Of a stretch of 64,000 nucleotides of DNA, positions 52,081 through 64,000 are shown piece by piece. The position numbers and the translations under genes are program-made. The notes under the pieces are model-generated. The model did no database searches. It was not told the origin of the DNA and saw only the letters and a list, made by a program, of their open reading frames with translations. The first letter of the stretch is position 1. Each line of letters opens with the position of its first letter. This stretch comes from Octopus vulgaris (taxonomy: Eukaryota), in assembly GCA_951406725.2 (NCBI GenBank), contig OX597823.1, positions 100,998,001 to 101,062,000 on the forward strand, given 5' to 3'.

Positions 52081-54693
52081 TCGATTGTTAATATTTAATT
52101 GTCTTTGAATGTTTTTGCTGCAACCCACAACACATTTCCGTGGGTGAAAGCAAGGCTAAATGCTAGCATAGACAGGCACCTTCGTTTTATTATTAAAGAA
52201 AGTTTTTATCCTTTCAGAGACGATAAATTAAGCACCAGTTGCGTACTGGGGTCGATCTAATCAATTGGCCCACTCCCCCAAAATTTCGGGCCTAGAGTAG
52301 AAAGGATTAGAGAGAGTTCTAGTTTTCCTTATTTCTCTAATTATTAATATTAGTCTTTCATTGGTGCAAGGCTTAGTGGTTAGAGCAACATGAGGCAGCG
52401 AGTTCGATTCCCTGACATGCTGCTCCAGTTCACTCAACCATAGAAATGAGTTGCGACATCATCGGTACCTAGCTGTATCAGCCTTTGCCTATTCCTTGGA
52501 TGATATTGGTGGCATGGAGAGGAGGCTGGTATGCATGCTTTTCCACAAACTTGCCTGGACTTGTTTCCCTTGGAGGGAAACTTTCTAAGTGTAATCTACG
52601 GTCATTCATGACCAAAGGAGATCTTTACCCTTTCGTTAGCACATAGTCTCATATTTCTAATAGATGGGAACTGAAATTATATAGAAGAGACAGTTTGCTC
52701 AAGGACATTGATTCCAATATGATTGAATGGTTTTCAATCCAGTTATGAATAGTACTTCGTTTAGCAGAAGCTAACATCAGATTTAGATAGTGAGTTGACA
52801 GTATTCATTTGGCTTGCTATACTTGTGTTCAAACCTCACTGAGATCAACTTTCATTATTTCTGGGTCGATAAGTAGTGGTATATTACTAAGGTTGATTTC
52901 TTCTTCTTGTCCCTAAAGAAATCAGTTGTGTCCAGACCTGGAGAAGAATGGGTTTTGCCAGGTTTACATACCTGAGATACTCTGACTGTCACTGCAGTGA
53001 CCTTACAAATCCATCTAGAATGAACCTCATAGTTGTACAGTGATCACCAATTTTGATAATAATCTAAACTACAGTACTGCTTTGTGTATGGTTCAAATCA
53101 TACAGGCAGCCTTTAACATTTTGTATCCGAAGAGTTTTTAATCAAATATTTACATACTACTATTTATTTTTTTGAAAAAAAAGACAAAAAAAAAAAGAAA
53201 AAAAAAACTTAGTTCAATTCTCTTGCAGTTTACAAAATTCTTAGGACATTAACGACATTATTCCTACTGGTAAGAATAAAATTTCTAAAATGATAGAACA
53301 TCAGATTATCATGTTTACAGATGTTGGTTTGAGTCCCGCAGGAAGCCTTCAACTTTTTCTGTCCAAAAGGGGTTTTGATCCAACATTTACCTGCCTTATA
53401 GCTTTGTCATCCATTATTCCATAAAAGAATTATTTGATTTGCATGTTTTTTTATAGGCTAAATGCAATTATAAGGTACAATAGCACCTTATAATTATAAG
53501 GTGCAATTCCATTGTGTGGCATCATGAGCAAGTGTCTTTTATATCATAACTTTCGGATGAGCCAAGTCTTGCGAATGAAATTAAGGTGGCCAGAATCTGT
53601 GTGGAAGCTCTTCAAATAGACCAATAATTCAAAGGTTCAGTCTTGGTCACACTCATTTTACTAGAAAATGACATGTGTAAATGTGTCTGTGAGATACTCA
53701 GCCACTTATCAGGTAGCTCAGACGACTGAGCCATCACTGAAACCAACAGTGATTCATTTACTGTCGGAATAATATTAATTATTAACAAAGACACAAAGTC
53801 TCAAATATTAGGGAAGATTATAGTATGTGACTGGTACTTATTTTACCAAAGCCATGGGAATGAAAGGCAGAGTTACCTTTAAAGGAATGCTAAATCAAAA
53901 TTGGACATAATTGAATACAACTGTCATTTTGTCTGATTTTCTACCAATTCTGCAAATCCACTATCTTCACATAGGATCAGAGTTAGATAACAGCTTCAGG
54001 TCAGACTGTCCAGTTTTTGAGTCTCCTGCTGGGGACACTAATTTATCTTCCATTTTGGCATCTGACAAAAAAAAAAAAGAAAAGAAACAGATATACTTAA
54101 ATCAGTGAAAAGCTTTTAAATGTGCAGATATTAGAATTTTGTGGCCCTATGATAAAACCAAAATAAGATAAATATATGTTTATAAAAATTTAATTAAAAC
54201 ATGATAGTATGTTTTATGATGTGTAAAAAAATTAAAACAAACTGGTCACTTGCTGTCTGCTTGCAGTGTACAAATCACAGAGTTGAGATACATCCGAAAG
54301 AAGATTGTACACATTGCTTTGATTTGTTTTTGTTCTTGTTTGAAGCTCCTAAAGAAAAGCCGTAAAGAAAGACAACACAACCATAAACAGGCAAGAGAAT
54401 TTGGCCCCCAACTCAAATAAAAGCTGAAAAGATAACTTAAAATCATTTTTTTGCACTCTGCCATTGTATTGTAAAAATTAACAGTAAAGAAAAAAGTGAA
54501 ACTGAATGGCATACTATTGCTGATAAGAATAAATTTAAAACTTGTTACTCACATCCCGTTTGTCATCATTTTTCTCTTTAACTCAATCAAGTCAAAATGA
54601 TAAAATCTTGGCTACTGTACAAATCAATGGTTCTCAGTCATTTTTGACTGCATAGTACATATTGAAGACCAAACAAAAATTTACTGGTGCACT

Positions 54694-54935
54694 TCATCAT
54701 CATAGTTTAACATCCACTTTCCATGCTAGCATGGGTTGGATGATTTTGACTGAGGGCTGGCGAGCCAGATGGCTGAGTTTCTATAGCTGGATGCTCTTCC
54801 TAACGCCAACCACTCTGAGAGTGTAGTGGGTGCTTTTTATGTGCCATCGGCACGAGGTTCAGTCAGGCGGTACTGGCAATGACCTCGCTCGAATCTTTTT
54901 ACACATGCCACCGGCACAGGTGCCAGTAAGGCGAC
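54694..54935 (-). mobile_element. RTE 3' end
   Basis: (cat)n tail, tttccatgctagcatgggttgga as at 790-815. Confidence 0.85.
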
Positions 54936-55282
54936 GTGGAAAGTTAAACATATTTTCAAATTTAAAATTTGGAGAAAAATACAGACAACTATCACTTGCT
55001 TTGTTCCTTTAATCATGCGTGTGTGTTAAAAGAAAAATCACTGTGCTCAAGTATTAGTATTTCTAAAGCTTTGAATTTCAACTTTAAAAAAATGTTTGTT
55101 ATGGCAAACTATTTCAGGTCCGATAGAATAAGGTATATCATCATGTGGGGGAAGCATCGTCAGTCATACAAGTGTTGGTTGTCAAGTAAAAGTTATAAAG
55201 AAATAAACTGTACTTTGTTGATAGTGCAGAGTGTAAGATGGGGGGAAAATACAGTAAAAGCTTTATGGGATAATATTCTAGC

Positions 55283-55550
55283 TCTGTTGTGTCTGGGGAT
55301 AGTCATTTTCTTTTTGTGCCTTATAATGTAACACTGGTAAAATTTCCACTTATTTCTTATTTTTATTTTCCTAAGATTTTCGTTGCATCTTACAACGTTT
55401 TCAATAACTGTTATTTACAGTCAAGACTATTGAAAAGGTTGCAAGACGCAATGAAAATTTTAGGAAAATAAAAATAAGTGGAAATTTTACCGGTGAGTGT
55501 GTTACATAATAAGGCACAAAAAGAAAATGACTCTCCCCAGACACAACAGA
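55283..55550. mobile_element. MITE (nearly fully palindromic)
   Basis: tctgttgtgtctgggga...tccccagacacaacaga with long internal complementarity. Confidence 0.8.
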
Positions 55551-56910
55551 ATATGCTTCAACACATGAGCGCATATAAAGAATCTTGCAAACCAAATCTC
55601 AAAACGAAATTCTAGCTCTGTACTTTGCTAAAAAGCTTGTAGAGTACATAGTATGTTCTTCTCAGTAGCAACTGATATTTCAAACAAAGATGTAACAATG
55701 TGTTTCCTAATACTTTTGAGATATTTCCATTTACTTTGAGACTAGCTTAAAAGCTGTACTCGGAGCAAACTTTTGCACTAGTTCCTGTGGAGGGCTAATT
55801 GGGCCTGTGGCCCAAAATTAAAGAGAGCTAAATAGTATGACTATAATAGGTCTACAATGATTATATGCTCCAGTGGTGTTTGATTAGAGGTTAAGGACAG
55901 ATGAGAATTAATTCTGTAATGCAATCATTGAATTCCAAATATTAGCCAATTTGTCCCAAAGTTATCTCAATGTAAAATTAACGAATAGAATGTCATTTAT
56001 CTCCCCCTTGATTTCTGATGTCATCTAACACAAGATGGCATGAATCAGCCAAGCTCTACCTGCTAGAAATAGCAACCCAAATGCTTTTAAGTCACATCCC
56101 AATGCTGGATGTTCAAGAACCAATTGAAGGGCAGATTTTTAATCTTAGGATCATCCTGATTCCAGAAGGATATAATATGTTTATGTGGAGCAAATGTAGA
56201 CTGAGATACTGAGAATTTCGTGTTTGTAAATAGGAGATGCAACATATATTACATGACATTTACTGTGATATCATGAGAATAAATCATTAGAAGAACTAGC
56301 AAGTCAGTCTATTTAGTGAGAGATATCAGGCTTGGATTTGAATATACAAGTGCAATGAAAGTACACACTATGGAAGTATAAACTATGGAATGTTAATGGA
56401 AATGCACCACAGCAGTTATAAAAAAACATAAAATACAAAAATAAAAAAAAAAGAGAGAAAATGGCTAAAAAAATCCATATTATTCCTGTAAATTGTCTTC
56501 CCATATTTTGCACAATGTAATGATATTTGCAACAGGAAAACTGGAATCTGAAGCTGGAAATATTGTACTTTAAGTGTAAAAACCATTTCTGCATGTCAAG
56601 TTTTAGGAATTTTGTGGAATAATGGCTCTCTCTTTTCTAACTGTTAACAGAATATTTATGTGTGAGAAAGTTTAAAAAAGTTATTTTTAGAGTATAAGAA
56701 AGAGTGCCTTAGCATGGTGGAAGTGATTTGGAGAGAAAGAAAAAGTGTGTGAATCAAGAGAGATCTGTTTCTTCTTCAGTTACATATTTAATTTGTTCTT
56801 AGAATACTTCAGCACTAGAAATTAAGTCATTCGGGATAATTTCACTATTTACACCAAAAGCTGAACCAAAAAGCAAACATAAGAGAAAAGTGAAAACCAG
56901 TTATTTATTA

Positions 56911-57276
56911 CTAGCACTATGACCCGGCATTGCCAGGTCATAGTGCTAGTGCATGCATATACAGCCCTGTGCGTGCACACATACACGCGAATACTGTCCA
57001 AATCTCCAACTAATTACATACAGCTAGTTGGCATTCAATTGGCGTATCAAGTTTCGGGCATTTTGATTGGGTTTTGGATAGAAAATTCACAAAAAAGTCA
57101 CTTCTATTGATTTTTTAATGGCTTTGCGGGGAGACTGGGGAAATGTAAAGATGTGCACGACCACCCTTGGACGGTTTTGAATGACCATAGAAAGTGTGAG
57201 CCCTTTAACTGAAAAATTGTGGATTTGTATAAAGCACACACACACAGACAGACATTTTGCCGTTTATATATATAGA
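56911..57276 (-). mobile_element. Non-autonomous Helitron
   Basis: Minus strand starts TCtatatatataaa..gtctgtctgtgtg and ends with hairpin gcactatgacctggc/gccgggtcatagtg, then CTAG followed by T. Confidence 0.75.
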
Positions 57277-57632
57277 AATATTTTGGTTTTGAAGTAGCAA
57301 CTTCACTGGCTTACCCATGATGTCTCCATAAAATCTGAAGCGGACTTCAGTTTTCTATGAAAGAGTCATGAAGTACTTAAGGCCTTGACTTTTCTGCAAA
57401 CAGCTTTCATAAGAGAAACATAGCTAAACAACTGCCGTTCCTGTTGAAGAACCCTGTGATGCAAGTAAGAGTCAGCAACCATAGTAGAAAAGAGATGATA
57501 TGAAATGCAAACAGTTTTATAAACTCATTACTAAAATGAAAGTAATTAAAAAAGTTTTACGGGTTGGTGTGCTGGTAATTGTCCGTTTGAGGACCATTGC
57601 GTTTGGCATTAAATGTTGCAATGTAGAATTTG

Positions 57633-58093
57633 ACTGAACTGTTCAAATAAGATAAGTACCCATCAAATACTGAGATTGATCCAGTTAACAGCTTTCCAGG
57701 TTTGAAGTGCAGAGTTTCATTTGGTTACATGAAAGCTATAGTATCCTAATATGGCCAATAATTCTTTCTACGATAAACTTAAGGCCTGAAATTTGCAGAG
57801 AGGCACTAATCAATTACATCAACCCCTGTGCTCAGTTGGTACTTATTTTACTGACCTCCAAAAGGACGAAAGGCAAAGTTGGCCTAGGCGGAATTTGATC
57901 TCAGAACATAAAACTGGAAGAAATGCCACTAAACATTTTGCCTGGCATGCTAATGCCAGTTTGACAGCTAAATAATAACAATAATAATTTCTACTGTAGA
58001 TACAAGGACAAAATTTTGGTGGGTGGGAGGAAAAGTGTTAACTGGATCAATCTCAGTATTTGATGGGTACTTATCTTATTTGAACAGTTCAGT
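57633..58093. repeat. Perfect 58-bp inverted repeat (57633-57690 / 58036-58093)
   Basis: Direct base comparison. Confidence 0.9.
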
Positions 58094-58553
58094 AAATGGA
58101 TTACAATGTTGAAGATTTCATAGGTATGTAGTGAAAACGAAATGTGGAAATATGATGCTTTAACTGTTTAGCATTCAGATTTTTATTCATTCACATTGTT
58201 TTAAATTAATTATGCATTCAAGATTTTGATGATGTGATTGTTTATTTTCAGAATGACATTGTAGGATAGGTATGAGAAGATAAATAAAGAGATAGACCTT
58301 TTAAAAATCAAACCAACTTGTACACAAAAAGGATGTCATGGTTGACTTGTTATCTGTGGTTGAAATATATAAAACATATTGAATACAAGTGAGATCCATA
58401 ATGCACTTCATTGATGCAGTTGTGTCTGTCTTGTTAAGGTGCAACATAAATGCATTAATTTTCTAGGTAGATTGGAGATTAACTGGTTTTAAAACTGTCC
58501 TGCATGAGAAAAAACTGCAGTCATTTGCATTTTCTCAAAGTTGGAAAATAATA

Positions 58554-58586
<33 letters not shown>

Positions 58587-58784
58587 GTTTTTGATTTGAG
58601 CACAAGGCCACCAATTTTGAGGGGAGGAGTTTTAGTCTATACTGTTGGCCCCAGTGTGTGTTTATTAGTTAGCAGATGGATTTTAATGGCTGTCTACTTC
58701 TCTAAACCTAGTAGTAATGAAATCATAGCAACATCATAAATTTGACATACCCGACAAATGAAGTGAGTTCATGGCTCACAGGAC

Positions 58785-59224
58785 GGCCTGCTGTGCTTAC
58801 CTTGGATCGTAGAGTGACCCGCTGTTCTTGAGGAGACCTATTGAGTCAAGTACATCAACATCAAAATAAGAATTCAAATGGAAATTGTAGTTGACACCTG
58901 TGCCTGTGACACGTAAAATACCCCGTCCGAACTTGGTAGATGCCAGCGCCGCCTGACTGGCATCCATGTCAGTGGCGCGTAAAAAGCACCAACCAATCGT
59001 GGCCGTTTGCCAGCCTGCTCTGGCCCCTGTGCCGGTGGCACATAAAAAATACCCACAACACTCATGGAGTGGTTGGTGTTAGGAAGGGCACCCAGCTGTA
59101 GAAACACTGCCAAACCAGACTGGAGCCTGGTGCAGCCTCCATGGCTTACCAGACCCCGGTCGAACCGTCCAACCCATGCTAGCATGGAAAATGGATGTTA
59201 AATGATGATGATGATGATGATGAT
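58785..59224 (+). mobile_element. RTE 3' end
   Basis: 3' UTR motifs and (gat)n tail. Confidence 0.85.
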
Positions 59225-60622
59225 CCACGAGGGAATTTGGCAGACAAAAACTGCAGGAAGCTTTGTGTGTGTGTGTATGTATGTGTGCACATACACACAT
59301 ACATATATATATTTATCATACATGAATGAGTGTGTGTACTTATATTCCATATGGATATTGATATTCTTTGACCAATACTCTGTGAGTGAATTTGGTAGAT
59401 GGAAACTGAGTAGAAAGTCTGTTTGTAAGCGTGTGTGTCTTTGTCCTCTGCACTGCTTGGTCTGTGTTGGTCTGTTTGCATCTCCATAACTTAGCAGTTT
59501 AACAAACAAGACAGATAAAATATATACCAGACTTTAAAAAACAGTACTGGGGTAATCTTCAACTAAAACCACTTCAAGTTGGTACTCCACATGGTCACAC
59601 TCCAAAGAGTAAAACAAGTAAAAAAATAAGCTTTGAGCATTTAAAGACCTGTTGAATAAAGAAATCTTGTACTTGAAAAACAGGTAACGGTTGACAACTA
59701 GAAGAGCATCTGGCTGTAAAATCCCGTTTCAAACAATTATTATCCAAACCCATGTTGGTATGAGGAACAGACATGAAGCAAATGAATGAAGTTGTAGGTT
59801 CTAATATAGGAAATTCGATGGAAATAGCAGGTCTTTTGTCTTTTCATACTGGGACCGATGTTACAAAGCAAACACAGATTCATCTAAACTTCATTATAAT
59901 CTTATTTACATCATCATCACTTTAATGTCCACTTTTTCATGCTTGCATGGGTCAGACAGAATTAGTTGAGGCAGAATTTCTATAGCGGAATGCCCTTCTT
60001 GTCACTAACCCTTACCTGTTTCCAAGAAGTATTTTCCCATGACTGGAAATCTTTCCACAGGAGATTGGAAATGACCGACACAAATTATAATACAGTGATA
60101 CTAATTTACAACTATCATGTGTTGTCAAAAACACACGCCTCTGTGATGTATGTGTATACTGTGGGTATACACACACACACACCCTCATCAGAGTTTAATT
60201 TCCATTTTTTATGCTCTTGTGGGTTGGATGGTTCAACAAGAACAGATGAGTCACAGGATTGCACCAAACTCCAATGCCTGTTCTGGCACTGTTTCTACTG
60301 CTGGATCTCCTTCCTAATGCCAACCACTTCACAGAGTGTACTGGGTGCTTTTCTTTTTTTGTGGCACCAGCACTAATGAAGTTACCAAGTAACTCACAAG
60401 ACAAAACCCTTCAACTGTGTAGGTGTTTTATTAAATCTATCTCTTTCAATATACCAAACCTGAATCCACTCACAAGGCCCAAAGTCATAGAAAGAGATAG
60501 CTGCCCAAGTTGCTGTGCAGTGGGATTGAACCTGAAACCACATGGTTGAAAAGCAAACTTCTCAATCACATGGCTATCCCATTTGTTGACTGACTGTTGA
60601 TTTTTGGTTGTTGATTTAAAAG

Positions 60623-60900
60623 TCATCATCATCATCATCGTTTAACATCCGCTTTCCATGCTAGCATGAGTGGGACGATTTTGACTGAGGTCTGGCAAAC
60701 CAGATGGTTGCACCAGGCTCCAATCTTGATCTGGCAGAGTTTCTACACTCCGAGTGTAGCGGCTGCTTTTACATGCCACCAGCATGAGAGCCAGTCAGGC
60801 AATGACCACGCCCAAATGGTGTTTTTTTACGTGCCACCTGCACCAGTGCCAGTAAGGCGACGCTGGTAACAATCATGCTGGAATGGTGCTTTTTATGTGC
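60623..60900 (-). mobile_element. RTE 3' end
   Basis: (cat)n tail and gctttccatgctagcatg. Confidence 0.85.
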
Positions 60901-61157
60901 TCTACCTAATCTTTGCATTAGCTTATAAATGACTGAGTATCTCACACACATGTCGACTCTTAATGTAATCCTTAAGTAGAACCAGTCTCTGATAAAGTTG
61001 GCTTTTTGAATTACAGGTACTCTCCATCTGATGAGCTTCAGTACAGTTTCTGTTTAACCAATTTCACTCACAGTACTTTTGTTACATTGAGGATATGGCT
61101 AAAAGACCTATGTTCATGATGCAATGCAATGAGACCAAACCTACAGTCTCGTGATTG

Positions 61158-61530
61158 TCGTGGCTGTGTGGTGAGAAGCTTGGTTTCCAACCAGATGGTT
61201 CCAGGTTCAGTCCCACTGTGTGACACATTGTGCAAGTGTCTTCTGCTATAGCTTTGAGACAACCAAAGCCTTGTGAGTGGATTTGGGAGATGGAAACTGA
61301 AAGAAGCCCATTCTATATGTGTGTGTGTGTCTTTGTGGCTGTGCTTGTCCCCCCCCACACTTGACAACTGGTATTAGTGTGTGTACATTCTTGTAACTTA
61401 GCAGTTCAGCAAAAAAGACTGATAGAATAAAAAAGACAAGTAGTAAGGTTGATTCATTCAACTGAAAATTCTTAAAAGTGGTGCCCCAGCATGGCCACAG
61501 TTTAATGACTGAAACAAATAAAAGACAAAA
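61158..61530 (+). mobile_element. Near-complete tRNA-derived SINE with central (TG)n
   Basis: A-box-like tggctgtgtggtg, B-box-like ggttcagtccc, 3' gactgaaacaaataaaaga. Confidence 0.8.
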
Positions 61531-62143
61531 GCAAAATAGAAGATGTATTCAGAAAACAGTATTGACTTCTGTGTTTCATTACAGATAAAATTCAGTGATT
61601 TTAGGAAAGACAATCAGCTTTCTATGGAATGGTGTGCATCCTCTCCTCTATGTACCAACAGCATGAGTGAGATGGAATTTGTTGAAGCAAATTTTCTCTG
61701 GCCAGATGTCATCCTTCCTGCCACCAACACTTACCTGTTTTCAAGCAAGGTAATATTTCTCATGGTAAGATGGTAAGTAAATAAGTTGGCTACTAGAAGG
61801 GCAGTCAGTCATGAAACACTGCCATGGAAAATCTGTCCAACTTACTTCAGCATGAAAGAGAGGATGGAAAATAATGATGAAGATGTTGAAGAGAAAGTAT
61901 TATTATCAAGGGTCACAAGTTCAACAGACTTAAAAAAAAAATCATGTTGTGCAGCTTATTGACTGAAGCCAAGGGTTCTCGTGTCTTCTCTCTTAGTGTA
62001 ATCATCATAGGTTGCTGTTTATATTGTTGCTGCAACAATCTATAATCATTAGGTTTTTTTAATACTCATCAAGTTCGGTTCAATTTTAGACTTCAGACTA
62101 ATTATGTTTCTCTAAGGTTGGCTTTCTTCTTCATAGATATACC

Positions 62144-62360
62144 TATTTCTTTACTACCCACAAGGGGTTAAACACAGAGAGGACAAACAAAGACAGACAG
62201 ATGGATTAAGTCAATTATATCGACCCCAGTGCATAACTGGTACTTATTTAATCGACCCCGTCAACCTCGGCAGAATTTGAACTCAGAACGTAGCGGCAGA
62301 TGAAATGCCGCTAAGCATTTTGCCTGGCATGCTAACGATTCAGCCAGCTTGCCACCTTCA
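62144..62360 (-). mobile_element. SINE of a second family
   Basis: atcgaccccagtgcataactggtacttatttaatcgacccc core also seen at 52235 and 57820. Confidence 0.7.
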
Positions 62361-63108
62361 TAGATATTCCTGTTTTTGTCACCAAGATTTTACTGTAATT
62401 CCTTGTCTTATTTACCATGTGCACCTCACCAAAACCAAAGCCTGATTGCAATGTGTCATAGGCTTCATCTAAGCCCTTAAGTTAATGTAACTTGAACGCA
62501 GATCCTTATTATTTCCATCATTTATAAAAAGAGAAAAATTAGTTTTATATATCAACCAAAAGCAAAGCTCCCCATGAGCTTGAAAACTGAAACTGTCACA
62601 ATAAACATAGATCAAGGTAAACAATGGCATTTTGTATTCTACCATTATTTTCTCAAGTGGTTCCTTCAACTTGTTAGTTAATGTGTCCAAACATTAGTGA
62701 AGTAGCAATTTATTATTTCCTAATTTCTATTATTAAATATAATTACATGGATTAGTGGATTTAGTGCATAAATTTGGTCCGTTGCTCTTCTGAGTTCAGT
62801 TTGATTTCTGTTTCCCCAGGGGTTTGACTCCAGTTAAAATATCAAGTACAAAATAGTGTGGCTTATACACAAATAAATGCAGTCATTTTTAATTAGTAAA
62901 TATTCCTTTAAATTAATAAGTACAATAGCCTTTTAATTATTAGGTTAATAAAATAATAATACTTCTTAATTAATATGTACAATGGGTTTTTTTATTACTA
63001 GATAAATGTTTCAAACTTACATTTTTATAAAAAAAAAAAGACATAGAAAACTCCTTTCAATTAATAAATACAGCAACTCTTTAACCACAAGGTTAATAAC
63101 TTCTTTAA

Positions 63109-63566
63109 CCCTTTATCATTCAGATTATTCATCAAATGTTATGCTAATTTATTCATTGTTTTGAATTAATCATGCATAACCTCTGGCTGCCATGCAGGTA
63201 ATATGTAAAAAGCACCTTTTGAGCGGAGTCGTTGCCAGAACCACCAGTCTGGCGCTTGTGCCAGTGGCACGTAAAAGCACCCACTACACTCTCGGAGTGG
63301 TTGGCATTAGGAAGGGCATCCAGCTGTAGAAATTTTGCCTGATCAGACTGAGCCTGGTGCAGCCTTCTGGCTTGCCAGTCCTCAGTCAAACCGTCCAACT
63401 CATGCCAGCATGGAAAGTGGACGTTAAACGACAACGATGATGATGAATCTCATAGCTTCAAGATTTTGATGATCATTATCAGTTTTAGAATGATATTGTA
63501 GAGTAGGTGTGAGAGGCCAGATCTGGCTGGTCTGAGCAGAAAATAGGTAGAATAAATGCTAATGGG
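63109..63566. mobile_element. piggyBac-like MITE with nested RTE 3' end (63186-63446, +)
   Basis: TTAA-ccctttatcattc...aatgctaatggg-TTAA; RTE UTR with (gat)n tail inside. Confidence 0.75.
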
Positions 63567-63695
63567 TTAATTTTTAATTTACAAATACCCCCTACTTTCC
63601 CTCTCGTGTGTGACCCTTCTGTCTGAAGTCAGTCGCCATGATAGATCGTTAGCCACTACACATATCTTTTTTCTCTCCTTGTTTTTTCTGTATCC

Positions 63696-63731
63696 CTTTC
63701 TGTAGAAGAGCGTAGGCTCAAAACGTAAAAG
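63696..63731 (+). ncRNA. Degenerate minimal hammerhead-like motif
   Basis: cttt ctgtagaa gagc gtag gctc aaaa cg ta aaag: stems present, but both core boxes deviate. Confidence 0.3.
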
Positions 63732-64000
63732 ACTTTCTATTCCTGAGCGTTATACTAATACATCTGTTTGTCTTGGTCTTTTGTTTTTTTCGTAAGCTCT
63801 CCCTATAAATACAATATCCTTTTCAAGTAATAACTACAATGGCTGTTTAATTACTTATTAATAAAAGTAAATTATCTTAAATTTTTAATTAATAAATACA
63901 AGATTGTTTTCATTAACCAGTAAAATACCCTTTTAATTACAGACATTTATTTCTTAAACCCTTAGGGAAGATGGGCTGTGTTGATGTTGGTGAACTCAGA

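Noticed and set aside
52365-52420. tRNA-like A and B boxes (tagtggttagagc..gttcgattccc)
   Set aside because: No complete cloverleaf; continues into SINE-like body
52700-64000. Host exons in the distal region
   Set aside because: Only short ORFs with no recognisable domains; sequence is explained by decayed SINE, LINE and MITE pieces and intron-like or intergenic DNA

Overview
Eukaryotic, AT-rich, repeat-dominated window with no intact host gene. The repeat repertoire and a GC-shifted 18S fragment suggest a cephalopod, probably octopus; this is inference. Main contents: (1) a 5'-truncated RTE LINE at 751-4714 (-) with APE and RT domains and a PHD-like finger inside the RT; (2) a dense set of (TA)n-embedded Penelope-like pLTR units carrying 8 canonical or near-canonical type I hammerhead ribozymes plus 3 variant motifs. 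All have palindromic stem III, most have very long stem II, and several sit in outward-facing inverted pairs; (3) an unprocessed 3'-partial PIK3R4/VPS15 pseudogene at 18.4-24.7 kb; (4) hAT, DD41D Tc1/mariner, Tc1, Gypsy, Helitron, piggyBac-like and MITE remnants plus many SINEs; (5) a tandem pair of ORF1-only (zinc-knuckle) non-LTR elements inserted in a SINE tRNA head; (6) a ~14 kb fold-back structure at 33.6-47.9 kb nested in GC-rich repeats that look like rDNA spacer/promoter subrepeats and lead into an 18S rRNA fragment. Most ORF-track entries are microsatellite or repeat artefacts. All coordinates were read by eye and may be off by a few bases.
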